Origin: Oligoflexales bacterium
GTDB lineage: Bacteria > Bdellovibrionota_B > Oligoflexia > Oligoflexales > CAIYRB01
DNA: 36,480 nucleotides
Assembly (NCBI GenBank): GCA_041736175.1
Contig: JBGSUI010000072.1
Coordinates: forward strand, 1-36,480
Direction of reading: 5' to 3'
Below the pieces are notes generated by a model. The model was not told the origin of the DNA and searched no databases. It worked only from the letters and a program-made list of their open reading frames with translations. The translations under genes and the position numbers were made by a program. Shown piece by piece: positions 8,223 through 18,424 of this stretch; within the stretch, counting starts at the first letter, position 1, and each line of letters begins with the position of its first letter.

Positions 8223-9809
8223 TTAAAGGCCTACGGCGTAGGTCATCAGGAGTTCCGGAGTCTGGGCGAGATCTGTTTTTTCTACAAAGGCGGCGATCTT
8301 ACCTTTTGCTAACACCATAACACGGTCTGACATGCCTATCATCTCTTCCAGATCTGAAGAGATCATCAACACTCCGACTCCCTGCGCTGCTAGATCTCGC
8401 ATGATACTATAGATTTCGTATTTTGCACCAACATCGACACCTCTGGTTGGTTCGTCGAGTATCAAAACTTTGGGAGTTCGGACCAACCATTTACCTAAAC
8501 ATACTTTCTGTTGATTACCGCCCGATAGATTTTTGACAGCAAGAGTGGCCTGTGGAGGCTTGATTCCCAAACGGTCGATCAGATTTTGGGCTACTTGAGA
8601 TTGAAGCTCTTGGTTTACCACCCCATGGTGACCAAAAAAATCCAAATGCGCCAGTGTGAGGTTGTCGCCAACAGAGCGATCGAGAAGGAGCCCCGTCTGC
8701 TTACGATCTTCCGACACCAGAGCGAGACCTTTAGAGATAGCATCTTGGGCTGAATGATTCCAAACTTTTTGGTGGTCAATGTGGAGAGTAGACTCCAGTC
8801 TTTTTTGGGACCTTTTAGGTTCCATAAGCCCAAAGAGGCTGAGCGCCAGCTCGGTGCGCCCAGAACCCATCAGTCCAAAGATCCCCAAAATCTCGCCCTT
8901 TTTGAGGCTAAAGGTAATATCTGTAAGGATAGATTTGCCCGTTGACGGCGAGACGACGTCCCAGTTTTGAACAGACAGAATATCCTCCTTTTCTTCAGAC
9001 TGGGAAAGTTGCATAGAAGTGGGAGTCATTTTTCTGGGCGGAAATCGTTGAGTGAGACTTCGCCCGACCATATGGGAAATAAGAGTGTCTTCGGTAAACT
9101 CGTTTGTTAACCCGGTTGCCACCGATTGGCCATCTCGCAACACCGTAATACGATCAGCAAGCCTCATCACTTCGTGAAGACGATGGCTGATATAAATGAT
9201 TGCAATCCCCTGGGATCTTAAGTGCTTAAGTCTATCGATTAAGGATTCTGCTTCTAACGTGGAAAGTCCCGCAGTCGGTTCATCGAGAATCAAGATTTTT
9301 GTCTGTTTATGGAGTGCTTTTCCGATCTCTACCATCTGCTGCTGGCCAACACCCAGGCTCTTAACGAGGGTATTGGGGTCGAGGTCGATGTTGAGTTGTT
9401 TGAGGATCTCTTTAGATTTTACAAAGGACTGGTGTTTATGGATGGTGCCAAAGGGGCCCTTAATCTCGGCCCCCAAAAACATATTTTCTGCGATACTAAG
9501 ACTTGGTACCAGGGAAAGCTCTTGGAAGACCATATTGATTCCAAGTTTTTGGCTATCTGCAATTCTAGTAAAATGGCAAGCCTTCCCCTCAAACCTAAAC
9601 TCTCCCTGAAAGCTACCATGGGGATAGAGGCCAATCATGATTTTGACTAAGGTTGATTTTCCTGCGCCATTCTCGCCCACAAGTGCGTGGATTTGACCTG
9701 AGCTGACTTCTAAGGAGACCCCAGATAAGGCGGCGACTCCACCAAAGGACTTTGTAATCCCTGATAGTGATAAAAACGGCGAATCCTTAGCGGTGCTATG
9801 TTCTCCCAT
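8223..9809 (-). CDS. xylG: Monosaccharide ABC transporter ATP-binding protein (tandem NBDs)
   Basis: GENGAGKST, ILDEPT twice, LSGGNQQK, DVGAKYEIY. Confidence 0.88.
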   Translation of the reverse strand: MGEHSTAKDSPFLSLSGITKSFGGVAALSGVSLEVSSGQIHALVGENGAGKSTLVKIMIGLYPHGSFQGEFRFEGKACHFTRIADSQKLGINMVFQELSLVPSLSIAENMFLGAEIKGPFGTIHKHQSFVKSKEILKQLNIDLDPNTLVKSLGVGQQQMVEIGKALHKQTKILILDEPTAGLSTLEAESLIDRLKHLRSQGIAIIYISHRLHEVMRLADRITVLRDGQSVATGLTNEFTEDTLISHMVGRSLTQRFPPRKMTPTSMQLSQSEEKEDILSVQNWDVVSPSTGKSILTDITFSLKKGEILGIFGLMGSGRTELALSLFGLMEPKRSQKRLESTLHIDHQKVWNHSAQDAISKGLALVSEDRKQTGLLLDRSVGDNLTLAHLDFFGHHGVVNQELQSQVAQNLIDRLGIKPPQATLAVKNLSGGNQQKVCLGKWLVRTPKVLILDEPTRGVDVGAKYEIYSIMRDLAAQGVGVLMISSDLEEMIGMSDRVMVLAKGKIAAFVEKTDLAQTPELLMTYAVGL

Positions 9810-9820
9810 CGGACACGCCT

Positions 9821-10825
9821 CTACCTTCTGATAAGATCTGTATTTTTGAAAAATCCAGAGCGGACCAAAATGGGTTCTATATCCGCTTTTTCGATCACCT
9901 GACCAGGGTATAACACAGACGGAACATCAAACTTGCCATTATTTTGCCGGGAGGTCACAGCTTGTCCTAGAGATTCGCCTTTTGCGAGCTTAACTGCCAG
10001 TTCGATCACCTGCTCGCTCATGACGACGCTGTTTTTAAAGACCGTCATGGATTGGGTACCTTTAATCAGTCGATTTGCCGCGGCAATCTCGGCATCCAGC
10101 CCGGTGACGACCACTTTTCCTGCCAGCCCTTGGCTACTTAAGGCTTGGATCGCCCCACCAGCGGTCCCATCATTGGGAGCTAATATAGCGTCGATTTTGT
10201 TTTTAGATTTAGTGAGCGCCTGCTCGACGATCTTCTGTGCCTCCGCCGGCTGCCAATCCCGCACGGCTTGGTCGACGATCACTTCAATGTCGCCTTTAGC
10301 GATAAGAGGTTGCAAAAACTTCATCGCTCCCTCTTTAAAGAGGCTGGCATTATAATCGGTAGGGGATCCAGATAAGATGATATATCGTCCTTTTGGGACT
10401 TTTCTAGCTAAATACTCTCCTTGTAGTTCGCCCACTTTGATATTGTCAGTGGCCACAAAGAGATCTAGATCAGCATTCTTAATCATCCGGTCATAGGCGA
10501 TGACCTTGACGCCCAGTTTTTTGGCTTTCTCCACCAAAAAACCCGCGCTATCACTGTCATGGGGAGCTATCACCAGCACTTGGATCCCCTGTGACAAAAG
10601 ATTTTCCACCTGGGACATCTGTCGTGCAGAATCATTATTCGTGATCTGCACCTTGAGATCCACGCCCAATCGGACAGCGGTTTCTTCCATTGCTTTTTTG
10701 TCGCGAACCCAATGCTCCTCTGCTTGGGTGGGGAGAGAGACTCCGATCTTAAGGACGGCTCCGAATCCAACGAATTCCAAAAATAGAGTCGGTAAAACTA
10801 AAGCCAGAAAAAGAATCTTTTTCAT
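9821..10825 (-). CDS. xylF: Sugar ABC transporter substrate-binding protein (XylF/ChvE-like)
   Basis: Signal peptide; EHWVRD, VIAYDRMI, GSPTDYNA, APNDGTAGG, QSMTVFK. Confidence 0.85.
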   Translation of the reverse strand: MKKILFLALVLPTLFLEFVGFGAVLKIGVSLPTQAEEHWVRDKKAMEETAVRLGVDLKVQITNNDSARQMSQVENLLSQGIQVLVIAPHDSDSAGFLVEKAKKLGVKVIAYDRMIKNADLDLFVATDNIKVGELQGEYLARKVPKGRYIILSGSPTDYNASLFKEGAMKFLQPLIAKGDIEVIVDQAVRDWQPAEAQKIVEQALTKSKNKIDAILAPNDGTAGGAIQALSSQGLAGKVVVTGLDAEIAAANRLIKGTQSMTVFKNSVVMSEQVIELAVKLAKGESLGQAVTSRQNNGKFDVPSVLYPGQVIEKADIEPILVRSGFFKNTDLIRR

Positions 10826-10879
10826 CCTATTAACCTTTCCTCAAGTTTCGCCCAAAGTTTAGGAAACAACATACATCTC

Positions 10880-12520
10880 TTATTCCAGTGGGTTTCCTTT
10901 CATAAATGGATACTCATAGGTTTTCGGCGCCACAAAGGTCTCTTTGATAGTCCTCGCAGAGGCCCAACGCAGTAGATTCAAGCGGCTGCCTGCTTTGTCG
11001 TTGGTCCCAGAAGCTCGACTGCCTCCAAAGGGCTGTTGTCCGACGACAGCCCCAGTGGGTTTATCATTGATATAGAAATTTCCGGCCGCATATTCTAAGG
11101 CTTCGCTCATGCTTTGGATCACGCGGCGATCTTGAGCAAAAATGGCGCCGGTTAATCCATAGGGAGATGTGGATTCGCAATATTTAAGGGCTTGCTCAAA
11201 GTCGCTATCTTCGTAAACATAGATCGTCAAAACTGGTCCGAACAGCTCCTCTTTCATCGTCGGAACATCGGGAGCCAAGGCTTCGATGATGGTTGGTCGG
11301 ATAAACCAACCTTTTTCACGGTTGCACTCCCCGCCCGCTATGATGTTAACTTTTGGATCCTTTCGACACCGTTCGATCCATCCTGAAATCCTATTAAAAG
11401 AGGTTTCATCGATGACAGCACCCATAAAGTTTGAGAAATCTTCGGGGTCACCCACTTTAAGCTCTTGAACCATGGGGACTAAGGTGTCACGGATGCGTTT
11501 CCACAAGGACCGTGGGATATAAGCCCGGGATGCTGCCGAGCATTTTTGCCCTTGGTATTCGAAAGCTCCTCGGACCAGAGCCGTCACCAAGGCCTCGGGG
11601 TCCGCTGATGGGTGAGCCATGATAAAATCTTTGCCCCCCGTTTCTCCCACAAGTCTCGGGTAGGTCTTGTAATGCTGAATTTTTTGTCCGACTTGCTGCC
11701 ATAGCAGATTAAAGGTCGCTGTCGACCCGGTAAAATGTATACCCGCAAGCTCAGGGCTTTCTAAGACGACGCGGCCTATTTCGGGTGCATCGCCCATGAC
11801 CATTTGGATCACCCCAGGGGGTAAACCAGCTTCTTCTAGGATCTTAAGCCCAATCCAACTTGAGAGGAGGCTGGTATGGGCGGGTTTCCACACCACGGTG
11901 GAGCCCATCATGGCTGGCGCAGAGGCTAAATTAAGGGCGATGGAGGTAAAGTTAAACGGGCTCACCGCAAACACAAAGCCTTCTAGCCCGCGGTAGCTGA
12001 CGCGATTCCAAAAACCAGGAGGTGAGAAAGGTTGGTCTTGGTAGATATCAGCCATAAATCCGGCGTTAAATCGCCAAAAATCAGCCAGCTCACAGGCGGC
12101 GTCGATCTCAGCCTGGTAGATGGTTTTGCTCTGACACAGCATCGTTGCTGCATTCATCAGGCTACGGTAGGGGCCTGCCAGTAAATCAGCGGCTTTTAAA
12201 AAAATCGCCGCCCGGTCCCACCAAGCCATCTTTGACCAGGATTTTTGGGTCTCCGTGGCGATCTTAATCGCTTGGTTGATTTGTAAGGGGGTCGCCAGTC
12301 CATGTTCGGCGATTGCCATAGAATGGTTATGGGGACAAAAAATCTGAGAACGTGCCCCCGTCAGGAGATGCTCTCCACCAATCACAAGAGGGATGGCGGT
12401 AACTTTCCTTTTAAGCTGGTCTAACTCATGGCGAAGGGATAAGCGCTCGGGCGAGCTATGAAGATAATCTTTAATAGGTTCGTTTTTTGGTGCTGGGACT
12501 GTAAAAGTGCCATTTGACAT
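10880..12520 (-). CDS. pruA: Delta-1-pyrroline-5-carboxylate (L-glutamate gamma-semialdehyde) dehydrogenase, monofunctional
   Basis: NEPI, EIDAACELADF, SPFNFT, FTGST, GETGGKDF, FEYQGQKCSA (catalytic Cys), INDKPTGAVVGQQPFGG. Confidence 0.93.
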   Translation of the reverse strand: MSNGTFTVPAPKNEPIKDYLHSSPERLSLRHELDQLKRKVTAIPLVIGGEHLLTGARSQIFCPHNHSMAIAEHGLATPLQINQAIKIATETQKSWSKMAWWDRAAIFLKAADLLAGPYRSLMNAATMLCQSKTIYQAEIDAACELADFWRFNAGFMADIYQDQPFSPPGFWNRVSYRGLEGFVFAVSPFNFTSIALNLASAPAMMGSTVVWKPAHTSLLSSWIGLKILEEAGLPPGVIQMVMGDAPEIGRVVLESPELAGIHFTGSTATFNLLWQQVGQKIQHYKTYPRLVGETGGKDFIMAHPSADPEALVTALVRGAFEYQGQKCSAASRAYIPRSLWKRIRDTLVPMVQELKVGDPEDFSNFMGAVIDETSFNRISGWIERCRKDPKVNIIAGGECNREKGWFIRPTIIEALAPDVPTMKEELFGPVLTIYVYEDSDFEQALKYCESTSPYGLTGAIFAQDRRVIQSMSEALEYAAGNFYINDKPTGAVVGQQPFGGSRASGTNDKAGSRLNLLRWASARTIKETFVAPKTYEYPFMKGNPLE

Positions 12521-12662
12521 CGGTGATTTCCCTTTGGTCAGAACTCAAAAAAATATCGGAGCGACAGTGGTGCTCGCAGGTGCTGGAGTTTAGTTACACT
12601 GTTCTCGCCCGAGAATCAATGAATTACCAAAAAGATCTGGAGCTTTCTAGCAATAAACTAGA

Positions 12663-14381
12663 TTAGCGGCGAAAAAACTGTAAAAAGCTTTGCACCCGAA
12701 TCGGACGTGCTCTGCCCATGAGTTGCCACCAAAAAAGCATAGACCAAGATAGGGCCGCAAAGGTTCCACAAAGAATCCCAAGAATCAACTGCAGCCTATT
12801 GAGAAGAGTTTGAGTCACGATTACCACTCCACACATCGTCATGGTCATAGCAAACAAGCTCAAAACCAACCTGCCCGCAATATTATGCAAGATCGGTGCG
12901 ATTTTATCAATTTCCGGTGCCACGATCCTGATTTGGGTATAGCCAGACTCCGCATCGTGGAGGATTTGTTCTACTTGGTTTGGAATCTGTTTTAAAAAAC
13001 TCCTGACTCCGAGGAGCCCTCCTAGAGATTCCACTAACAGATTTTTAGAGGTCAATTTTTGACTGATAAAATCTTCGACGATAGGTTTCACGATCGATGT
13101 GATATTGATATGAGGAGCCATCTGCCTAACGAGCCCTTCGATGCTACCGAGTGCTTTAAAGAGAATAATATAATCGCCATTTACTTTAATTCTAAATTCA
13201 TTTGCCGCTTCTAGGAAATCATTGGCGACCGCCGACGAGTCAAGGGTATCCAGGGATTTATCGACGAAGTATTGGTTCATAAATCGAGTGATCTCTGCTT
13301 TTAACTGCAAAAGATTAACCCTCTGGGTAGGTGTTCCAATCTTAAGCATCATGCGAGCGATGGTGGCCGGATCTCTCGTTAAGACTCCCAAGAGGACATT
13401 GACAATATCCTCTTTTTGACTTTCATTTAAATGTCCTACCAACCCAAAATCGATCAGTCCGATTTTGTTTTCGGGCAAAATCAGAATATTTCCAGCATGG
13501 GGATCGCCATGAAAATAGCCATGAACTAAGACCTGTTTAATAAAATATTTAACCAGTCTCTCGATAATCGCTGTTGTAGCCTCGGTATGGGGCACCAAAG
13601 ACCGCATGGATTTTCCCTCAAAAAACTCCATCGTCAAAATGGTCTTAGAGCTTAGTTCTGGGTACGTGTGGGGGATTTTCACCCCATCGTCGTCTAAACA
13701 TTGGGCGGCGCGACCTAAATTTTCCAGTTCGGCCCCAAAGTTTAGCTCTTCGAGGAGGCCTTTTTCAAACTCCGCAACGATTTCGCTAGGCCCAAGGATC
13801 TGCATCTCTTCGATACTTGCCTCTAGCAGCTTGGCGAGCATATAGAGTAAGTCCAGATCTCCCCGCATCTGGTCTGCGATAGCTGGCCGTTGAACTTTGA
13901 CGACGACTTTATCCCCAGAGATGGTCCTGGCCACATGGGCTTGTGATATGGAAGCCGATCCAATGGGTATGGGTTCTATCACACTAAAAAAATCACTAAC
14001 TGGGCCGCCTAAACCCGCTTCAATCGCTTTAAGAACCTCCTCAAAGGCGATAGGTCTTACGTGATCCTGAAGTTTAACCAGGGTTTCAGCAAAACTCTGG
14101 GGGATAAGGTCAGCTCGCATGGACAAGACTTGGCCAAATTTGACAAAGGTAGGACCTAAATCTTCGAGCAAAATCTTAAATCTCTGGGGTACGGGCAATT
14201 GACTATGGGTTTCTAACCAGTTTTTTCGGTCGCTCCTGCGGATAAACTTTTGGGCAAGGGGCGACCTCAGGATAAATTCGCCAAACCCATGGCGGGCCAT
14301 AATGGCAAAGACGGCCCTAAGGCGCTTAACATCACGGTTGGCGACCTCAAAGAGTGACTGATGATTTTGTCCAGAACCCAC
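12663..14381 (-). CDS. ABC1/AarF/UbiB-family atypical kinase
   Basis: LGPTFVKFGQVLS, SASISQAH, VVKVQRP, FHGDPHAGN, IDFGLVG; two C-terminal TM helices. GTG start uncertain. Confidence 0.9.
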   Translation of the reverse strand: MGSGQNHQSLFEVANRDVKRLRAVFAIMARHGFGEFILRSPLAQKFIRRSDRKNWLETHSQLPVPQRFKILLEDLGPTFVKFGQVLSMRADLIPQSFAETLVKLQDHVRPIAFEEVLKAIEAGLGGPVSDFFSVIEPIPIGSASISQAHVARTISGDKVVVKVQRPAIADQMRGDLDLLYMLAKLLEASIEEMQILGPSEIVAEFEKGLLEELNFGAELENLGRAAQCLDDDGVKIPHTYPELSSKTILTMEFFEGKSMRSLVPHTEATTAIIERLVKYFIKQVLVHGYFHGDPHAGNILILPENKIGLIDFGLVGHLNESQKEDIVNVLLGVLTRDPATIARMMLKIGTPTQRVNLLQLKAEITRFMNQYFVDKSLDTLDSSAVANDFLEAANEFRIKVNGDYIILFKALGSIEGLVRQMAPHINITSIVKPIVEDFISQKLTSKNLLVESLGGLLGVRSFLKQIPNQVEQILHDAESGYTQIRIVAPEIDKIAPILHNIAGRLVLSLFAMTMTMCGVVIVTQTLLNRLQLILGILCGTFAALSWSMLFWWQLMGRARPIRVQSFLQFFRR

Positions 14382-14526
14382 TCATCACCCCATCTGGTGT
14401 TAAAGAGGCGAAACCCCTTCTATTCTATCTTACAACTTGCCATGGGAACCACGGAACCTTAATCTGCCCCCTCAGACTACAGAGCTTTCTGCAAAGTCCG
14501 CAAAGTCCGTTCAACAGGAGGAATCA

Positions 14527-15117
14527 TTGGCAAAACTATACTTCCGTTACGGAGCTGTAGGGAGTGCAAAAACCCTAAATTTGCTGGCTGTGGCCCACTC
14601 TTATCGCCAGCAGGGCAAAAAAGTCCTGGTTGCAAAACCCAAACTGGACCAACGCTTCGGGGAGTTTGTGGTCAAGAGTCGCGCGGGTCTCGAATGCCCT
14701 GCGGATCTCCTGATTGATACTCAGACAGTTCTGAAGTTTGAAGATTTTGAAGGAATTGATTGTTTTTTAATCGACGAAGTCCAGTTTCTCTCAGAGTCGG
14801 TGATCGAACAGTTTAGAGGTTTAGCAATCGAAGCTGATATTCCAGTGATTTGCTTTGGACTTAGGACCGATTTTAGGACCCAGCTTTTCCCAGGCTCTAA
14901 ACGACTGCTGGAATTAGCAGACGAAATCACAGAAGTAAAAACCACCTGTTATCTTTGTACCCGTAAGGGCATTTTTAATATTAAATTAGTCGACCAAAAA
15001 CCGACCCGAGATGGTCCACCCATTGAGCTGGGGGGAGACGAAAAATACCAGCCAGTCTGTCCTCGTTGCTATAGCCATAGTTTTCAATGTCTTTGGCCAT
15101 TCAAGCCAGAAACCTAG
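14527..15117 (+). CDS. tdk: Thymidine kinase (start revised to TTG 14527)
   Basis: AGGAGG RBS 5 nt before TTG gives MAKLYFRYG; also SRAG, IDEVQF, GLRTDF, and Zn ligands CYLC/CPRC. Confidence 0.92.
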   Translation: MAKLYFRYGAVGSAKTLNLLAVAHSYRQQGKKVLVAKPKLDQRFGEFVVKSRAGLECPADLLIDTQTVLKFEDFEGIDCFLIDEVQFLSESVIEQFRGLAIEADIPVICFGLRTDFRTQLFPGSKRLLELADEITEVKTTCYLCTRKGIFNIKLVDQKPTRDGPPIELGGDEKYQPVCPRCYSHSFQCLWPFKPET

Positions 15118-15127
15118 GAGGTTTAAA

Positions 15128-16126
15128 ATGTTGTTTAGTTTTGGTTTAGGTGTTGGTACCAAAAATTCCCTTGGTCAATGGATAGAAGTTTATTTTTCTA
15201 ATCCAAGTTTTCAAGTACCTGCGCAATCCATAAAAAATATAGCAGAATTATGTAAATACCAGGGGGGTAATACCTCTATTGAAATCACCAACCCCCTCGC
15301 TCTAGAAAAAATGGGCGGGATGTGGGCCCCCTTTGCAATGTCAAAAAAGCCGCTCGTGGCGGTTTTTTTAGAATCTGACTCAGCACCCGTAAGCGTTCCC
15401 GAAGTCTATTTAAAGCTTCACCTCTTGTCCCATCGATTGGTAAAACCCAACTCCATCAATCTTACTGATATTTTTAAAATCTTACCGAATGTTGCCTGGA
15501 CCTCTGCAGGACCCATCGATCTTATCGATTTAGAGGCCCATCGACTTAATTACCGTCTCGCAGGCCAACCTTTAGAAATCACCATGGTGGACAAGTTTCC
15601 CCGCATGACGGATTATGTGACCCCACCGGGGGTTCGTATTGCAGATGCTACAAGAGTGAGGCTTGGTGCCTATCTAGGAACAGGAACCACGGTCATGCAA
15701 GAGGGGTTTATAAATTTCAATGCAGGTACCGAAGGGCCTAATATGATCGAAGGACGGGTCTCTAGCTGCGTTTTTGTGGGTGCAGGCTCTGATTTAGGGG
15801 GTGGCTGTAGCACCATGGGAGTCCTTTCTGGCGGAAACTCCGAAAAGATCTCCATAGGTAAACGTTGCCTTATCGGTGCTAATGCTGGAGTTGGGATCAG
15901 TTTGGGGGATGATTGCACGGTAGAAGCTGGTCTTTATATCACCGCAGCCTCTAAAATAACCATCGTTAACACCGAAATTAGACAACCAACCACTCCACAG
16001 GTTTTTAAGGGGAAAGAGTTGTCTGGCAAAAGCAACCTACTCTTCCGTCGCAATTCCTTAAGCGGCAGAATTGAATGTCTTAAAAATAAGTCATCTATTA
16101 ACTTAAATCCCGACCTTCACGGGTAG
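15128..16126 (+). CDS. dapD: Tetrahydrodipicolinate N-succinyltransferase, long (Pseudomonas/Helicobacter-like) type (start revised to ATG 15128)
   Basis: AGGAGG RBS; YLKLHLLSHRLVKP, VDKFPRMTDYV, RVRLGAYLG, EGFINFNAGT, LFRRNS. Confidence 0.92.
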   Translation: MLFSFGLGVGTKNSLGQWIEVYFSNPSFQVPAQSIKNIAELCKYQGGNTSIEITNPLALEKMGGMWAPFAMSKKPLVAVFLESDSAPVSVPEVYLKLHLLSHRLVKPNSINLTDIFKILPNVAWTSAGPIDLIDLEAHRLNYRLAGQPLEITMVDKFPRMTDYVTPPGVRIADATRVRLGAYLGTGTTVMQEGFINFNAGTEGPNMIEGRVSSCVFVGAGSDLGGGCSTMGVLSGGNSEKISIGKRCLIGANAGVGISLGDDCTVEAGLYITAASKITIVNTEIRQPTTPQVFKGKELSGKSNLLFRRNSLSGRIECLKNKSSINLNPDLHG

Positions 16127-16162
16127 TGCGATCAAAATAGGGTGAGATGCCCGGTACAGAAA

Positions 16163-16597
16163 TCACATGGGAAACCGTGAGACCACTTGGCGGGACGGGT
16201 CCCATCCATCCTTTTGTGTGACGACGATTTCACCGTTAGAAGCTTCAAGAGTGACCGCATCGCCCCAGCCAATGGTTGTAAACTGTAGGGTGGCTCTTGC
16301 GTTATTCTCTGTACTGACAGCTTCGCATTGGATATTGACTCCTGGCTCTGGAAATCCAAGGCCATCGCCCCAAGCCATCGAGAACTGTACCGTGAGAGTT
16401 TTTCCAGCAGTGACGTCCCAGCGCTGTCCCTTAAAGTAGAGATGATCATCTCTACAAGTGACGGATAGGTTATCAGAACCATGATTGACAAGAGTCCAGC
16501 AACTATTGCGGCTATTCAAGGTGCATTTTTCGGGTGCAGCCAGCGCCGTCACCGAGCCTAGTAGATTTAAGATCAATACCGCTAAAATCTTCTTCAT
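16163..16597 (-). CDS. Hypothetical small secreted protein with four Cys
   Basis: GAGGAGG RBS; MKK-hydrophobic-ALA signal peptide. Confidence 0.8.
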   Translation of the reverse strand: MKKILAVLILNLLGSVTALAAPEKCTLNSRNSCWTLVNHGSDNLSVTCRDDHLYFKGQRWDVTAGKTLTVQFSMAWGDGLGFPEPGVNIQCEAVSTENNARATLQFTTIGWGDAVTLEASNGEIVVTQKDGWDPSRQVVSRFPM

Positions 16598-16687
16598 AAA
16601 ACCTCCTCTAGCAAAGTCAGATGACTCGACTCTAGAGTGTTTCAGAAAAAAATCAAGATATTTTTGTTGTTTTATTAAAAATAAGAG

Positions 16688-17323
16688 TCATTTTTTTAGG
16701 GTGATATCTAACAGTTTAATACTCAGGGGCCGCTCCAGTGCGACGGCGACCGGGGAGTCGATCGTGGTGATGATATCACTATCTAAATCCACAGAGGCTG
16801 TTGTTTTGATGGGAAAGGTCTGTTTGATGGGCACTGTTAAATCTAGCACTAAGGTCTTCTTGAGGTGGAGGTTAAGGGTGCTGATTTTTGGACTCAACGT
16901 TCCTTTGATCCTCAGGGGCTGCTGGATTTTTAGTTTTGCTTTTTTATGGATGGGCAAAGCTTTTTTAAGCCTTTCGACCCATGTCTTATCTAGATCGACG
17001 AGGGAATCGAGGAGTTGACCCATATCGATCTCGATCTCGTCATCGACGAGTATATCTTGGTCCACTTCTATAGCAAGTTGGCTCATCTCTAAGTCGTCTT
17101 GATCCAGCTTGAGATCCAAGGGAACATCAACCACGGTGTTAACCGTGGTGTCGAGGGATACAATTGCTTCCACGGGAACAGCTAACTTTTCTTTGATAGG
17201 CACCTTGATTTCCTGAGAAATCCGCGCTTGGACTGGATGTTCCAGGGATGCAGTAATTTCCATGTGATTGAAGAGGCCACTCTGTAGCCACAGATAGACT
17301 TCAAGGATAGCGTTTTTTAACAC
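16688..17323 (-). CDS. Hypothetical protein with repetitive beta-strand pattern; start uncertain
   Basis: 211-aa ORF with repeated I/V-x-V-P-I/L...V-x-L-D patterns; directly abuts the upstream gene in the same frame. Confidence 0.65.
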   Translation of the reverse strand: MLKNAILEVYLWLQSGLFNHMEITASLEHPVQARISQEIKVPIKEKLAVPVEAIVSLDTTVNTVVDVPLDLKLDQDDLEMSQLAIEVDQDILVDDEIEIDMGQLLDSLVDLDKTWVERLKKALPIHKKAKLKIQQPLRIKGTLSPKISTLNLHLKKTLVLDLTVPIKQTFPIKTTASVDLDSDIITTIDSPVAVALERPLSIKLLDITLKK

Positions 17324-18154
17324 TTATTGGGCCTTAACGGTTGCTGTAATATTGATAAGTTTAGAATCTATACAGCGTCTGACCGTTTTGTCGGCGCTTA
17401 CAAAACAGTTGGTATTGTCGCCCGAAGTATAAGGCGCGTAATCTGTATCTGGTCCATAATCTAAAACCATGTCTTTCAAGTTGTAATTCAGATTGATGAT
17501 AACGCTGGAATCTTTTGCCACCACCAGGGGCGGATTGATTTCTGCCGATGTCCAGCCACAGGACCCTGGTTTGATCAAAGGCTGGTCGGATGTCATGCCC
17601 TCTGCTTTAAATGAGACGTTTGGCTTTTTGTCTGTGGACTGAAAACAAAGATCAAGCATAACGTGTTTGTATTTTCCGGGGAGGACAGGAAGATTTTGGG
17701 CATTAAGTGCGGCATTAACGGTCGACGAGCTTTGGGCTAAGTCGATAAAGGTCTCGGTTTTGTCAGCAGCGCAGGTTTCTTCGGTCCCGACGTATTTGTA
17801 GGTAATTCGATCTTCAGGGGGGACATCGTCGGCATATTTTTCAGCCTGGTCCGAAAGATCCTTCGGGGTACATGCAGCTGAATCGATGTAGAGCACAGAA
17901 GCAGGATATTTTGTGGTCTCTTTTTCCTGTGCGATCGAAACCTTCAATATTTTTATCTTAAAGACAGACGGTGTATATTTCGCAGGGTTTTGGTAGGTCG
18001 GATCTGCCACATTAAATTGAAACCCACTACCAGACGAGTGCTCCATTTGGAGTTTAGCGGTTGCAGCGGCAATAGGCTCTTTATCCTTATCATCCTTCTC
18101 GCCGCATTGTGTTAAAATCAAAAAAAATGGACATAGAAGAATCTTTTTTTTCAT
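17324..18154 (-). CDS. Hypothetical lipoprotein, Cys-rich
   Basis: AGGAG RBS; MKKKILL..ILTQC lipobox-like signal; six further Cys. Confidence 0.8.
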   Translation of the reverse strand: MKKKILLCPFFLILTQCGEKDDKDKEPIAAATAKLQMEHSSGSGFQFNVADPTYQNPAKYTPSVFKIKILKVSIAQEKETTKYPASVLYIDSAACTPKDLSDQAEKYADDVPPEDRITYKYVGTEETCAADKTETFIDLAQSSSTVNAALNAQNLPVLPGKYKHVMLDLCFQSTDKKPNVSFKAEGMTSDQPLIKPGSCGWTSAEINPPLVVAKDSSVIINLNYNLKDMVLDYGPDTDYAPYTSGDNTNCFVSADKTVRRCIDSKLINITATVKAQ

Positions 18155-18331
18155 GTTGCAACTCCTGGCGTGTCTTCGCTCTTCATGTAAAATATTTGAT
18201 AATAGTTTATAGATAATTATAAGAGATCGCTGGTAAGTCTGTAAAGATCCTCCCAGGATCAGCTTGAAATGGCAAACCTTTATCTAATGAAATTTGGTGT
18301 CCCAAAAAACAGCCCAATTGAATTTTAATGC

Positions 18332-18344
18332 AATCAATTCATTA
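18332..18344 (+). promoter_or_regulatory. IHF-binding consensus site
   Basis: AATCAA-TTCA-TTA matches WATCAANNNNTTR exactly; about 70 bp upstream of a sigma54 motif. Confidence 0.5.
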
Positions 18345-18397
18345 AAATCAGCCACATCTACCACGATGCCATGTTTCGATAGCCCATCTTTTTGAGT

Positions 18398-18424
18398 GTA
18401 TCGGCCAATAATCTTGGCATATTA
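18398..18424 (-). promoter_or_regulatory. sigma28 (FliA)-like promoter
   Basis: Minus strand TAAT-N15-GCCGATAC, pointing toward gene 17324..18154. Confidence 0.4.

Noticed and set aside
14437..15127. ORF-track N-terminal extensions of tdk and dapD (likewise sufD, sufS, the second nfu gene and the vWA gene)
   Set aside because: Downstream starts have clear RBS or stop/start overlaps and match family N-termini.
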